Shown: positions 1-11,585, counted from the stretch's first letter. The stretch is DNA of 39,085 nucleotides from Nemertoderma westbladi (GCA_032718475.1 JAUCBJ010004962.1:1-39085), one strand, 5' to 3'. Translations and numbers: made by a program. The notes: a model not told the origin generated them from the letters alone.

Positions 1-24
1 AGGCCTGTAGGCCGAAATATTTGG
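1..24 (+). ncRNA. Possible 3' half of a hammerhead ribozyme motif cut by the window edge
   Basis: AGGCC-TGTA-GGCC-GAAA is nearly the same stem II plus GAAA as the complete hammerhead at 38831. The CUGAUG core would lie outside the window. Confidence 0.3.
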
Positions 25-231
25 TATAACTTTAATTTTGTGTCACCTGTAAAAGATCAAACTCCCCCAACAATATTATTTAATTTTATTAGTTACAGTA
101 AACAGTTAGGCCAATTACTGTACCCAGTAGGTTGGTACCGTACAGTCGTACACGTATGTGGTTACGCTGGACATTTAATGGGCGTTTATTATTTAATTAA
201 ACCAACATTTATTAGTCTAATTAAAACTCAC

Positions 232-429
232 CTATTAAAAGTAACACTATTGAGAGCTCTAGCGTAGTCAATGTTTATCTCTTGTTTCAACGGCGGTATA
301 AATGTTGGAAAGTCAACTCTGCGTTTTAGAACAGGGGTGGTCTTAGCGAAGTCGATGATTCTTTCGATGGATTCATTAGATATTTCACCCACCCCATCGA
401 TAGGCATACAGTCAATGTAAAGATGATAT
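232..429 (-). CDS. DNAH1: DNAH1-like coding exon 5 (not in ORF track); gene continues left of the window
   Basis: Acceptor cttctctag| and donor AG|GTGAGT. Encodes YHLYIDCMPIDGVGEIS...LKQEINIDYARALNSVTFN (DNAH1 motifs YNLYVDCMP and E...DY.R..N...F). The phase is consistent. Confidence 0.9.
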
Positions 430-926
430 CTAGAGAAGATTTGAGTTCAAAAGTAAATTGACGGTTACGTTATAGTACGGTTAGCATATAGCGAACTATA
501 GATACTAATAACGGGGCCACCATAACCATATACACTTGGTTATCCATGTATATCCAAATGGATGTGTTATCCAAATAATTTTAAAAATTGACAATAATCC
601 ATATAAGATGTGATCGGTGTTCTCTATTCAATTTCAATGAATCATTTCATTTGATATTAGTTATCTTGATTGGTATCCACCAATTCAGTAAACCCCACCA
701 TATTCTATGTGTTGAGTGTAATAAAAAATAAATTAAAATATTTCATGGAGCCGTTTTCAAAATATCACAATCTTAACATTTTGCCCCACGAATGCTATCA
801 AAATTCAATACAGAATTTCAACATTCACAGACTTCTGCTGCACCTGTGATTATGATTTTTCGCTCATTCGTATTTTACAAAAAGTGTAGAGGAAAGTGGA
901 ACGTAACGTTTGGACGTGGAACTCAC

Positions 927-1179
927 CGTAACAATGACTCCGTGTTGGAACGTTCATTGTGGGCGTGGGCCACGCGTCTGGCGAACACAACAGGATTTTC
1001 CGCAAAGAACATAAACTGGATGCGAGGGATCCAGTAAGCGTGTGCTACCAGTAACCGCTTGGTGGTGCCAGGTAGTTTACACCCATTGATTACTGGTTGG
1101 TTATCCATTCCAAGGAGACGACCTTTTTTGACCTTTTGCACCAACCACAATCCACTGGTCGGGTTGTGGTCCAGCACTC
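927..1179 (-). CDS. DNAH1: DNAH1-like coding exon 4
   Basis: Acceptor atcttag| and donor CG|GTGAGT. Encodes GVLDHNPTSGLWLVQK...YWIPRIQFMFFAENPVVFARRV...NTESLLR (DNAH1 motif YWVPRIQL.F.AEDP..FA.RV). Confidence 0.9.
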
Positions 1180-1765
1180 CTAAGATATATTGTAATTATT
1201 ATATTAAACAGATGACCGTGATAAGTGGTCTTGTATCGTCTGTAATTGTATACTGCACTGGTGGTATTCATTGCACCTGGAAAAAGAATATAGGCCTATA
1301 TTTTTTTTTATCAAATCAAAGAAATCAACATTATTCTCACTAGGACTACCTCGCACGGATTTAATCACAAACTCTGTAATAACCAGAAACCCTTTCATGA
1401 AATTTCATCCTCGTGTTCTTGTAAGTATTGCGGCCTACCAAAAATTTTACGGTACCATGTTTTGGATTGTCCCAAAGCCCCACCATTATCATTTTTAGCA
1501 ACATCCTCTTGAATTGATTACAGTAGGTCTAATTAATGTCTCATCATATACGGTGCTCTCTATCAAATTCAATTCATTAATTACAGTCTTTATCCCTTGT
1601 GCGCTTTCCTTTCTGATTCGTCAAATATTGTGAGATTGATTCCTATTTTCATTTTACCCCGATTGGGGGTGGTAATTGATTAATGAAAATAATATTAACG
1701 AATATAATTATTATTTATAATAGGGGTAAGTTAAGGTTAATGACAGTTAGTCGGTTAATGTTGTA

Positions 1766-4745
1766 ACTCACCTATATCGTACCACTTGTATTCCCAACGG
1801 ATCTCAACTCACCTATATCGTACCACTTGTATTCCCAACGGATCCTCACTCACCTATATCGTACCACTTGTATTCCCAACGGATCTCAACTCACCTATAT
1901 CGTAGCACTTGTATTCCCAACGGATCCTCACTCACCTATATCGTACCACTTGTATTCCAAACGGATCCTCACTCACCTATATCGTACCACTTGTATTCCC
2001 AACGGATCCTCACTCACCTATATCGTACCACTTGTATTCCCAACGGATCCTCACTCACCTATATCGTACCACTTGTATTCCCAACGGATCCTCACTCACC
2101 TATATCGTACCACTTGTATTCCCAACGGATCCTCACTCACCTATATCGTACCACTTGTATTCCCAACGGATCCTCACTCACCTATATCGTACCACTTGTA
2201 TTCCCAACGGATCCTCACTCACCTATATCGTACCACTTGTATTCCCAACGGATCCTCACTCACCTATATCGTACCACTTGTATTCCCAGCGGATCTCAAC
2301 TCACCTATATCGTACCACTTGTATTCCCAACGGATCCTCACTCACCTATATCGTACCACTTGTATTCCCAGCGGATCTCAACTCACCTATATCGTACCAC
2401 TTGTATTCCCAACGGATCCTCACTCACCTATATCGTACCACTTGTATTCCCAACGGATCTCAACTCACCTATATCGTACCACTTGTATTCCCAACGGTTC
2501 CTCACTCACCTATATCGTACCACTTGTATTCCCAACGGATCCTCACTCACCTATATCGTACCACTTGTATTCCCAACGGATCTCAACTCACCTATATCGT
2601 ACCACTTGTATTCCCAACGGATCCTCACTCACCTATATCGTACCACTTGTATTCCCAACGGATCCTCACTCACCTATATCGTACCACTTGTATTCCCAAC
2701 GGATCCTCACTCACCTATATCGTACCACTTGTATTCCCAACGGATCCTCACTCACCTATATCGTACCACTTGTATTCCCAACGGATCTCAACTCACCTAT
2801 ATCGTAGCACTTGTATTCCCAACGGATCCTCACTCACCTATATCGTACCACTTGTATTCCAAACGGATCCTCACTCACCTATATCGTACCACTTGTATTC
2901 CCAACGGATCCTCACTCACCTATATCGTACCACTTGTATTCCCAACGGATCCTCACTCACCTATATCGTACCACTTGTATTCCCAGCGGATCTCAACTCA
3001 CCTATATCGTACCACTTGTATTCCCAACGGATCCTCACTCACCTATATCGTACCACTTGTATTCCCAGCGGATCTCAACTCACCTATATCGTACCACTTG
3101 TATTACCAACGGATCCTCACTCACCTATATCGTACCACTTGTATTCCCAACGGATCCTCACTCACCTATATCGTACCACTTGTATTCCCAACGGATCTCA
3201 ACTCACCTATATCGTACCACTTGTATTCCCAACGGATCCTCACTCACCTATATCGTACCACTTGTATTCCCAGCGGATCTCAACTCACCTATATCGTACC
3301 ACTTGTATTCCCAACGGATCCTCACTCACCTATATCGTACCACTTGTATTCCCAACGGATCCTCACTCACCTATATCGTACCACTTGTATTCCCAACGGA
3401 TCTCAACTCACCTATATCGTACCACTTGTATTCCCAACGGTTCCTCACTCACCTATATCGTACCACTTGTATTCCCAACGGATCCTCACTCACCTATATC
3501 GTACCACTTGTATTCCCAACGGATCTCAACTCACCTATATCGTACCACTTGTATTCCCAACGGATCTCAACTCACCTATATCGTACCACTTGTATTCCCA
3601 ACGGATCTCAACTCACCTATATCGTACCACTTGTATTCCCAACGGATCCTCACTCACCTATATCGTACCACTTGTATTCCCAACGGATCTCAACTCACCT
3701 ATATCGTACCACTTGTATTCCCAACGGATCTCAACTCACCTATATCGTACCACTTGTATTCCCAACGGTTCCTCACTCACCTATATCGTACCACTTGTAT
3801 TCCCAACGGATCCTCACTCACCTATATCGTACCACTTGTATTCCCAACGGATCTCAACTCACCTATATCGTACCACTTGTATTCCCAACGGATCCTCACT
3901 CACCTATATCGTACCACTTGTATTCCCAGCGGATCTCAACTCACCTATATCGTACCACTTGTATTCCCAACGGATCCTCACTCACCTATATCGTACCACT
4001 TGTATTCCCAACGGATCCTCACTCACCTATATCGTACCACTTGTATTCCCAACGGATCTCAACTCACCTATATCGTACCACTTGTATTCCCAACGGTTCC
4101 TCACTCACCTATATCGTACCACTTGTATTCCCAACGGATCCTCACTCACCTATATCGTACCACTTGTATTCCCAACGGATCTCAACTCACCTATATCGTA
4201 CCACTTGTATTCCCAACGGATCCTCACTCACCTATATCGTACCACTTGTATTCCCAACGGATCCTCACTCACCTATATCGTACCACTTGTATTCCCAACG
4301 GATCTCAACTCACCTATATCGTACCACTTGTATTCCCAACGGATCCTCACTCACCTATATCGTACCACTTGTATTCCCAACGGATCTCAACTCACCTATA
4401 TCGTACCACTTGTATTCCCAACGGATCCTCACTCACCTATATCGTAACACTTGTATTCCCAACGGATCCTCACTCACCTATATCGTACCACTTGTATTCC
4501 CAACGGTTCCTCACTCACCTATATCGTACCACTTGTATTCCCAACGGTTCCTCACTCACCTATATCGTACCACTTGTATTCCCAAAGGATCCTCACTCAC
4601 CTATATCGTACCACTTGTATTCCCAACGGATCCTCACTCACCTATATCGTACCACTTGTATTCCCAACGGATCTCAACTCACCTATATCGTACCACTTGT
4701 ATTCCCAACGGATCTCAACTCACCTATATCGTACCACTTGTATTC
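1766..4745. repeat. 41-bp tandem array (72 full periods, 73 donor copies) derived from the exon 3/intron 3 junction of DNAH1
   Basis: The plus-strand unit is ACTCACCTATATCGTACCACTTGTATTCCCAACGGATC(CTC/TCA). The first ACTCACC is at 1766 and the last at 4718, a difference of 2952 = 72 x 41. The last copy overlaps the real exon end. Confidence 0.97.
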
Positions 4746-4856
4746 TAAGGACGGATCTTTTGGGTCCAACTTTTCTGTGAAATCTTTAATCGGCAGCAAA
4801 GCCTTACCAGGTATGGGTTTAGTGACATCACCTTCTCGTCCCAATTCTAGCCAATC
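4724..4856 (-). CDS. DNAH1: DNAH1-like coding exon 3 (not in ORF track)
   Basis: Acceptor tttcaattag| and donor ATAG|GTGAGT. Encodes DWLELGREGDVTKPIPGKALLPIKDFTEKLDPKDPSLEYKWYDI-G (DNAH1 motif KPVPGKALLP...DPK...YKW). Phase 0 in and phase 1 out fit both neighbours. Confidence 0.9.
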
Positions 4857-4978
4857 CTAATTGAAATCAAGAGTATTTGTAATTTATTGAACTTTTCTTC
4901 GCGTTTCAATCTAGTGTTACCTGCTGTATTATTCTACATAAAGATTTCATTACTACGAACGCAGTATTACGGTATTAC

Positions 4979-5150
4979 CTGCCATGTCCTGCAATCAAAT
5001 TCGGCATTATCGAATATTTCTAGAGGTAGAAACGTAGGGAAATTTGATGGATTTCTTGTCTTCCGTATACCTTTTGTTACGGCATTCTCTTCACAGTATT
5101 TTGGCATTAAATCAGTCGCGGAATCTATGTTGTGCTCCGTTCTTAATAAA
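4979..5150 (-). CDS. DNAH1: DNAH1-like coding exon 2
   Basis: Acceptor tgttgtag| and donor CAG|GTAATA. Encodes LLRTEHNIDSATDLMPK...FPTFLPLEIFDNAEFDCRTWQ (DNAH1 motif LPL..FDNEDFDCRT). Confidence 0.9.
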
Positions 5151-5486
5151 CTACAACACAAAAAAGATTACTACAATAGATTATGAATAAACTAGATAGT
5201 AGACATACTATAGTAGTTGTCGACAATATTTAGTGATGGTGGCTACAACAGTCAACGATTTTTATGTGAATATAAAAGGAGGGGGGAGAGGAGAAAAAAA
5301 AGTATAAAAGAGGAGAAAAGAGGAGACTAACTATGACAGTATGAGCTTTTACTTCTGCACAACTTTGTAGACAAAAATGCCGTTGGTATTCTTTAGTGTT
5401 GACGTCTTATTTGAACTGCAGTTTCAGGCCTTTCGCTAGTGTTTCGGTACAGTTACAGTTACAAGTATGCCACACGACACCACATA

Positions 5487-5800
5487 TACGTAATACGAAA
5501 AATGGTCTATTTTTTTTCGTATGGTATTTTATTTAAGAATTGAAAAATATATGTATTGTATTTTGTAATACACTATAACCTAATTTATACAAAAAATTAG
5601 AACAGAAATCAGAGGTGTGATCTCTGGTTTCACTGTTGAAAACATAATATTTGCAACATAATAAGATACGAAAATACGATACGAAATACGAAAAATATTT
5701 ATTCGTATTATACGATACCAAGTTAATTTTTATGATACGATACGAAATTTGATACGAATAATATACTGCGCGATACGAAATACGCAAATCCATTTTCCTA
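5487..5800. repeat. ATACG(A)-rich repeat remnant in DNAH1 intron 1, probably a non-autonomous DNA transposon end
   Basis: Many interspersed GATACGA/AATACGA motifs, some inverted (TTCGTAT). No clean TIR pair was found. Confidence 0.35.
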
Positions 5801-6037
5801 TCGTATCCTGTCCTATCACCAGTGGTGGTGAAGGCCGAAAGGCATCCCCTTGGCTTAATGAGCCTAAAAAATTCCCCAATTCAATAGTAATTATTTGTTA
5901 ATGGTTGTGAGTTGTGACCTAACGTTAACACACGCACGGCAATGGCAAATAAAACATTTCCGCGTCAGTGTAGAAAAAAGCTAATTTATCCTCTATATCA
6001 TAAATAGTTATATTGGAAACTTACGACCAAAACTAAC

Positions 6038-6558
6038 CGGTCGATGTTGTGTGCGGCGAACTCGCGCTTCTTTCTTTCTATTTCCACTCGACGCGGGCAG
6101 CGCCCGGGAGCGACGTAGAAGGGAACCTGGACTTTCGGTTCGTAGCCGCGACTGGAAAAGTCTGTGGACCGGTCGACTCTGGTGGTCGGCTGACCCGCAG
6201 TCTCACTTTCTAACTGTTGGGCGGCCTCGTCCTTATTGAGCGGTAGGAATCGCTCCGCTAGAGGCGTATGCTTCTCTGTAGCGACGCGCCACACTACGTC
6301 CGGGGCCTTCCCTGTCGGGCCCTCGATGGCTGGGTAGTTCTCCGTCGTCGGGAGACGGGATTCCGCCTCCGGGGCCAACACATCCGAGTAGTAACCTCGC
6401 TCGCGGATCTCGGGGTAGATCTGGGGGATCGGCATCGGCCCGCCCGGGATGAGCGCCGTGTCCGGTGGGACCCCGGTGTCCTCCCGGGAAAGCGCCGAGA
6501 ACGGGCGTCGGCCTCCTGCCGTGGAATCCGGATTAGAACCTCCCAGAGGTGATGACAT
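6038..6558 (-). CDS. DNAH1: Axonemal dynein heavy chain 1-like, coding exon 1
   Basis: ATG at 6558. The translation contains YEPKVQVPFYVAPGRCPRRVEIERKKREF, matching the remembered N-terminal region of DNAH1 (EPKVQVPF..PG..PRKIEIER). Donor CG|GTTAGT at 6038/6037 gives phase 2, compatible with exon 2. Confidence 0.85.
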
Positions 6559-6998
6559 GTTATTTGAGTCTCAAGTGTTACGCTACGGACGGATACCAAT
6601 AAGGAAGAATATAAATAATACTAGGATACAAATGCCACCTCTGACCTTTGCAAATGTAGAATACACTAATATCAGCTACCGGTACCCAGATATAACCGCT
6701 TGATGAAAGTAGGCCTACTCCTACTATACTTACAGGCTATACTAAGTAATACCTGCACTGGCACTACAGTACCGGTAGGTCTACTAGGCATACATAGCTC
6801 CCACCTTAGCACATCCTCAATACAGTCCAGCGTCCAGCAGTCTTACTGTATTATATCAGTGAATACTGGTACAATATGAACACGGAACACACCCCAGCAC
6901 GCAGCAACAACTTCAGCAAAATGCGAATGTCACTTGTCCTTACTGCTGCACTCTTACCCGGTAGTTTAGTATACTCATAAAATCAATTTGTATCATTG

Positions 6999-7012
6999 GT
7001 TGTCATGGTTGC
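6999..7012. promoter_or_regulatory. Candidate RFX X-box upstream of DNAH1
   Basis: GTTGTCATGGTTGC (reverse complement GCAACCATGACAAC) resembles the X-box consensus GTNRCCATGGYAAC and lies ~440 bp upstream of the ATG of a ciliary gene. Confidence 0.4.
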
Positions 7013-8149
7013 CTCATGTAATCGTAGCGCGGTAATTTTGAATTTGGTGAGGGGAAAAACGAATAATGCTACACTAATAATGGTACATGTTCAACTTACA
7101 GTATGTCGGCTGCAATATTAGTGTATATTGATATATAGCTTTATATCAAATATCAAACATTATTTATATCAAACATTATGTAAAACTATTGACGTTCGTT
7201 TATTGTTTTGGTTAGAATAACATGTCACTGTAACCTGCTACTTTTCTTTTTTTTTTTGCTTTTTTTTTTGAGATATTAATTCGCCAAGAGTGAAACTGGA
7301 TCAAAATGAGCTTTCGATTAAAAATTTTAAAGAATCTAATCTATGGTGTCCAGAGTTCTGACAGAGTTCACCCGGGAGATAAATGTTTTTTACCCGGGTA
7401 ATATATATTTTTCACCCGGGTGTAAAACATAAAAAAATGGGAATAATTGGCCGCAATCAGCCACGTAGGGGTGATTATATTTATGTTACTTGGTTAAAAA
7501 TTGAAAGTTACATAAAAACACATATAAAACCTGATTACACTACGTAGCTTTACTTTGTCTGTTAATTTACATGTTTCTTTCGAAACCCACGCATGTTCTT
7601 CTTTTTGTTTGGCGTACAACTCGCACATTGTTGCCGTGAATTCTCGATCAGGGGAATGACGCCGATGTAATCGTGTGGGGAACTATTAGTTATTCAGGCC
7701 GTAAAAATAAATAATGAGTTGGTTGAACATCAATTTATTATAAACAATCTGATTAAAATATATGGGTTTCCCCACACCAATAATTAGAATATTATTCACA
7801 ATATAATAACAATAAACCTACAGTAAATAATTTATTTAATAAGGCCGCTGAATTTAATTTATAGAATATTTTAACCCCCCAAAACTACGTGTGATACCTG
7901 TCTGTCTAGTCAGTGTCTGTGGTCTGTGTCCGTCGGATGTCCAACCGTCGGGTCATTGAGGGAATGCAGCTGCCGTCGGGTTTCGAGTCCTTTTCAGGCT
8001 CGTAGTACCTCCTTAGGCTGCAGACCGCTCAGTCGCGTCAGTGATATTTCGACCCTCTGCGAATCCGCTCGCCCCTCTCAATTCCTTTCCGGGTTGCAGT
8101 CCTCAGGCAAGTTGGAATAAAACGCCCCAAATCTAAACCGTTAATAATA

Positions 8150-8499
8150 GGAACTCTTTACCGCCCCGAAACGATTAAACGTGATGATTTTTTCTCCCTC
8201 CTCGACTCTACTCTATCTAACCTTAGCTAATACTAACAATGAAGTCATAATAACTGGAGACGCTACCATTGATCTATTACATACTAGAGATAATCCAACT
8301 GAATACATTAATATTTTGAACACATATACGGCTTTATACAATTAATTAATGATCCAACTCGAATAAACCCCTGGACGAAATCTTGCATTGACCACATAAT
8401 CACAAACATTACTAATACTGCAACAAAGTCGGGTACCTTTCTGGTTAAAATTGGAACCTCCGATCACCAACCGACGTTTACTTTATTACAAAATTATTC
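8150..8499 (+). mobile_element. Decayed CR1/L2-group LINE, APE endonuclease fragment
   Basis: Hand translation with frameshifts: EVIITGDATIDLL...QLINDPTRI...SCIDHIITN...GTSDHQPTF, which contains the GDxN-like, IDH and SDH endonuclease motifs. Confidence 0.7.
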
Positions 8500-9347
8500 A
8501 TGCGTTGAGTCTGCGATTTGGGTGGGAGCCCCCGAGGCTGCCCGCCAACTGCTCCTGCGGTGCTGTATTCACCATCTCCCACTCCCTTCACTGCCCTATG
8601 GGAGCCTACCCGATCCTGCGGCACAACGAGGTCCGTGATTTCCTCGCCGAGCTCCTCAGCGAGGTCGCACACGACGTTGAGGTGGAACCCCATCTCCAGC
8701 CGATCGAGGGCGAGTCTTTCCGCCTGAGATCTGCTACGGTAGACCCGGAGGCCCGTCTGGACGTTGCGGCGAGTGGGCTGTGGGGTGGGCGCTTCGAGCG
8801 GGTGTATATCGACGTCAAGGTATTCAACCCTCTGTGCTCCTCCAATCCTCGCTCCATGGATGCTGCTTACAGCAAACATGAGCGAGAGAAACGGAGGAAG
8901 TACGAGGAGAGAATCAATGACATCGAGCACGCCGGCTTCTCGCCTTTTGTAATTGCTACAACTGGTGGGGCCAGCCGCTCAGCCCACGCGCTCCTCACAC
9001 GCATTGCGCTCTTACTGTCGGCGAAACGGGATGCTCCCTACTCGCAGACTCTCTCCCTCATCAGGACTCGGTTGAGTTTCGCCCTCCTCCGTTCCTCCAT
9101 CATGTGCCTCCGGGGCGCACGGAAGCCGAAGGCTAGGCTGGCAACGAGACAGACGATGCGGGAGACCGGCGTGAGCGCGGCTGTAGCCGAGGCTGGGATT
9201 GCATTAAATAGTTTCAACAATAATTATTAATTACCTACAATTTGTTGACATTAATTAATTCATTATGCTGCTTGTTTGTTAATGTTTATTTTATTTGTAA
9301 TTGAAATAATTCAGGAATAATAAAAAAAAAAAAAAAAAAAAAAAAAA
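8500..9347 (+). mobile_element. 5'-truncated CRE-like non-LTR retrotransposon with a restriction-like endonuclease and poly(A) tail
   Basis: CSC...HSLHC zinc knuckle, RHNEVRD, ARLDV, YIDVKVFNP, EREKRRKY and FSPFVIATTGG are the C-terminal motifs of REL-endonuclease elements. Stop at 9230; pure A26 tail at 9322-9347; GC-rich relative to its flanks. Confidence 0.8.
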
Positions 9348-9830
9348 CTTCAATAAGACAAAATTGCACTCGGTATTTGATTACTCCCATTTTAACACCC
9401 AAAATTTCCTCCATGATATTAAATTACCCTCCACATGGACCTGCACTTCTCTACTGACGTACCACATCAATAAAAATTTGATGTATTTCACAAACATTTA
9501 GAAAAAATTATCAACTCACATGTCCCGAGAAAACCAGTAGCGCAACGTAAAGTTTAGCCTAAACCTTGGATGACCAACGCATTATTAGCTAGCTGTGAAA
9601 CAAAAAATAAATTATATCGATCGATTTCGATACTACATTAAGCAGAAAGCACCTCACTCACACTAATCATCATACCATATTTAAAACTTACAGAAATAAA
9701 CTAACCAGTACACTACGAGCCGCCGAAAAACAATATTACTCAACACAGTTTGAAGTCAACTGAAAAAAAAAAAATTCGCAAAACGTGGTTAATAATAAAT
9801 TCAGCACAAAACAAATCAAACAAACTCTAT
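9348..9830 (+). mobile_element. Continuation of the decayed CR1/L2-group LINE (linker between endonuclease and RT)
   Basis: Fragments PWMTNALLASCETKNKLYR, FKTYRNKLTSTLRAAEKQYY and KTWLIIN are typical of this linker. Stops and frameshifts are present. Confidence 0.7.
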
Positions 9831-11585
9831 TCAATATTTGTGAAGATATTGATTTTATTACTTCATTACAGGATTTTGATTTGGACTCGATCTCTCTTCA
9901 GTCATTTCATTCTATCAAAGCATATTCTTGACAAATGTCGATAAAGTTTGTACCTACTGAGTTGTGATCCTCAGTACATTCACAAATAATACTACATGAT
10001 ACGAAAATAGCCTACCAGTACTAGTTCAATATACTGGTAGTTCTCGTAATCTTCGACAATTTGAGGTTGTCCATCTTACCATTGTTCAACGGTGACGATG
10101 TCAATTCAAGGTAATTCTGGTTCCTCCATTACAGGAATAAACCTTCCGGCTTTCCAACAAAATGAGAATCTGACTTCAGAAGAGTTGAATGGTATTCTGG
10201 GCGGTCTGGGTTTAGCTTATACTTGTATAATAGATGAAAAACGGGATAGGCTTCGAGTTTACCTGGGTCCGGAATTGAGCAGCACTGATGTAAATGATCA
10301 GCCAACCTTCTGTGGATTTGAGACTTCAATTAATCCCCCGTTATTTAGCAGACTTTTAGACCAACCATCATTGTGGTCTAATGTCCTTAATCCAACTTTG
10401 ATTCCTCCCTCAACTCAGGAATCCGATTTGTTCCTCGAGTTTAATGCTCCTCTGGCACTGGAACCAATGATTTATCCAGAGTTAGGTGCTCCGCCAACAT
10501 TATTTTCTTCATCTCCAACCCCGTTTCCAACTTCCATTTTGCCTGGAATGATACCGACGTCAACAATGGAAACAATGATGCTTCAGTTATTCCAGATGCA
10601 CTGATGCAGACTCGTTTGGAGAAGCTATGGGACCTTGCAATCGAGAGGATCTTGAAGAATGCGATCGCCAAGCTCATGTACAGCGTGAACAAGATCACCA
10701 TGATATGTTGATGATGTTCCAAACTCTAACTACGAGATCTGTTGTTAATCCTTGGATATCGAGTCTAAAGGCTTTGGGCAATAATGGCTCTCCCTAACTG
10801 AATCATTCTACTAACTCTAACGAAACCTCTACGTCGGATCATGGAATTGAAGTAAAGTTTCATTGATTGATGGAGAATTATGAGAAATTATACACTGAAC
10901 TCAAATGTGGATCCTTGATTAGTTGACGATATTTTTATTGACTTTTTACCACAACTTATTGAGGATGCTGTAGAAGAGTTTAATTGTGCTGAAAAGTTTG
11001 TCGATCAGTGTGTTATAAAATTGGTAAATGAGCAGTTAAAAAATTACTTTGCTGACGATTTTCATGCTTTCAGACAGAAATTTCGGAAGTTAAAGAATTA
11101 TTTGGTTAAAAATCTTCAAAAGACTAAACAAGATCGTGAAGAAAGAGAACAAATTATGGAATATAATGAGGTTGTATCAAAATTATCGCAATACGTATCA
11201 GTTTCGAAAGAAAATAAAACAATAAACCGGTCTATATAAAGCTCAACAAGGAAACTCCAGTTGGTCAGGAATCCCTGCTAATATTATCAACTTTATTAAA
11301 ACAATTTACTAGCGTGATGGCCCCTTATCCACCACATATACTGCAAACTAAACTGCCGATAGGTAAGGGTTGTATCGAGTACAATTTGTAAACAAACAAA
11401 ATATAAACACAATTTATCCTAAATTTTCCCGCTATAACAAATTCTGTATATTTCTATACACCGCACCGCTGTCGACGGTAGTAAAAGGAAGGAAATTATA
11501 CGCAATCTGGAAACCTGGTTATCTCGTGGATAAATTCTGCCGATATACTTCTACTCTGTAAATGTAAGAGTGTCAAACTAATGAT

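Noticed and set aside
1766-4745. CRISPR array
   Set aside because: The units are contiguous with no unique spacers, there are no cas genes, and the context is a eukaryotic intron.
1827-4860. Long plus-strand ORFs (up to 983 aa) in all three frames
   Set aside because: The 41-bp unit simply lacks stop triplets on this strand. The starts are TTG rather than ATG, and all frames give the same 41-aa cycle.
5821-5865. GAAGGCCGAAAGGC as a hammerhead
   Set aside because: There is no CUGANGA core or matching stems.
6025-6037. Alternative donor GTC|GTAAGT for DNAH1 exon 1
   Set aside because: It gives phase 0, incompatible with the phase 2 acceptor at 5150. The donor at 6038/6037 restores the DNAH1 alignment.
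7280-7475. Three CCCGGG-containing motifs as promoter elements
   Set aside because: It looks like a transposon terminal fragment, and no partner end or known motif could be supported.
8451-8499. N-terminus of the 259-aa ORF
   Set aside because: It is chimeric: these bases belong to the host LINE (SDH motif in another frame), not to the CRE-like insert.
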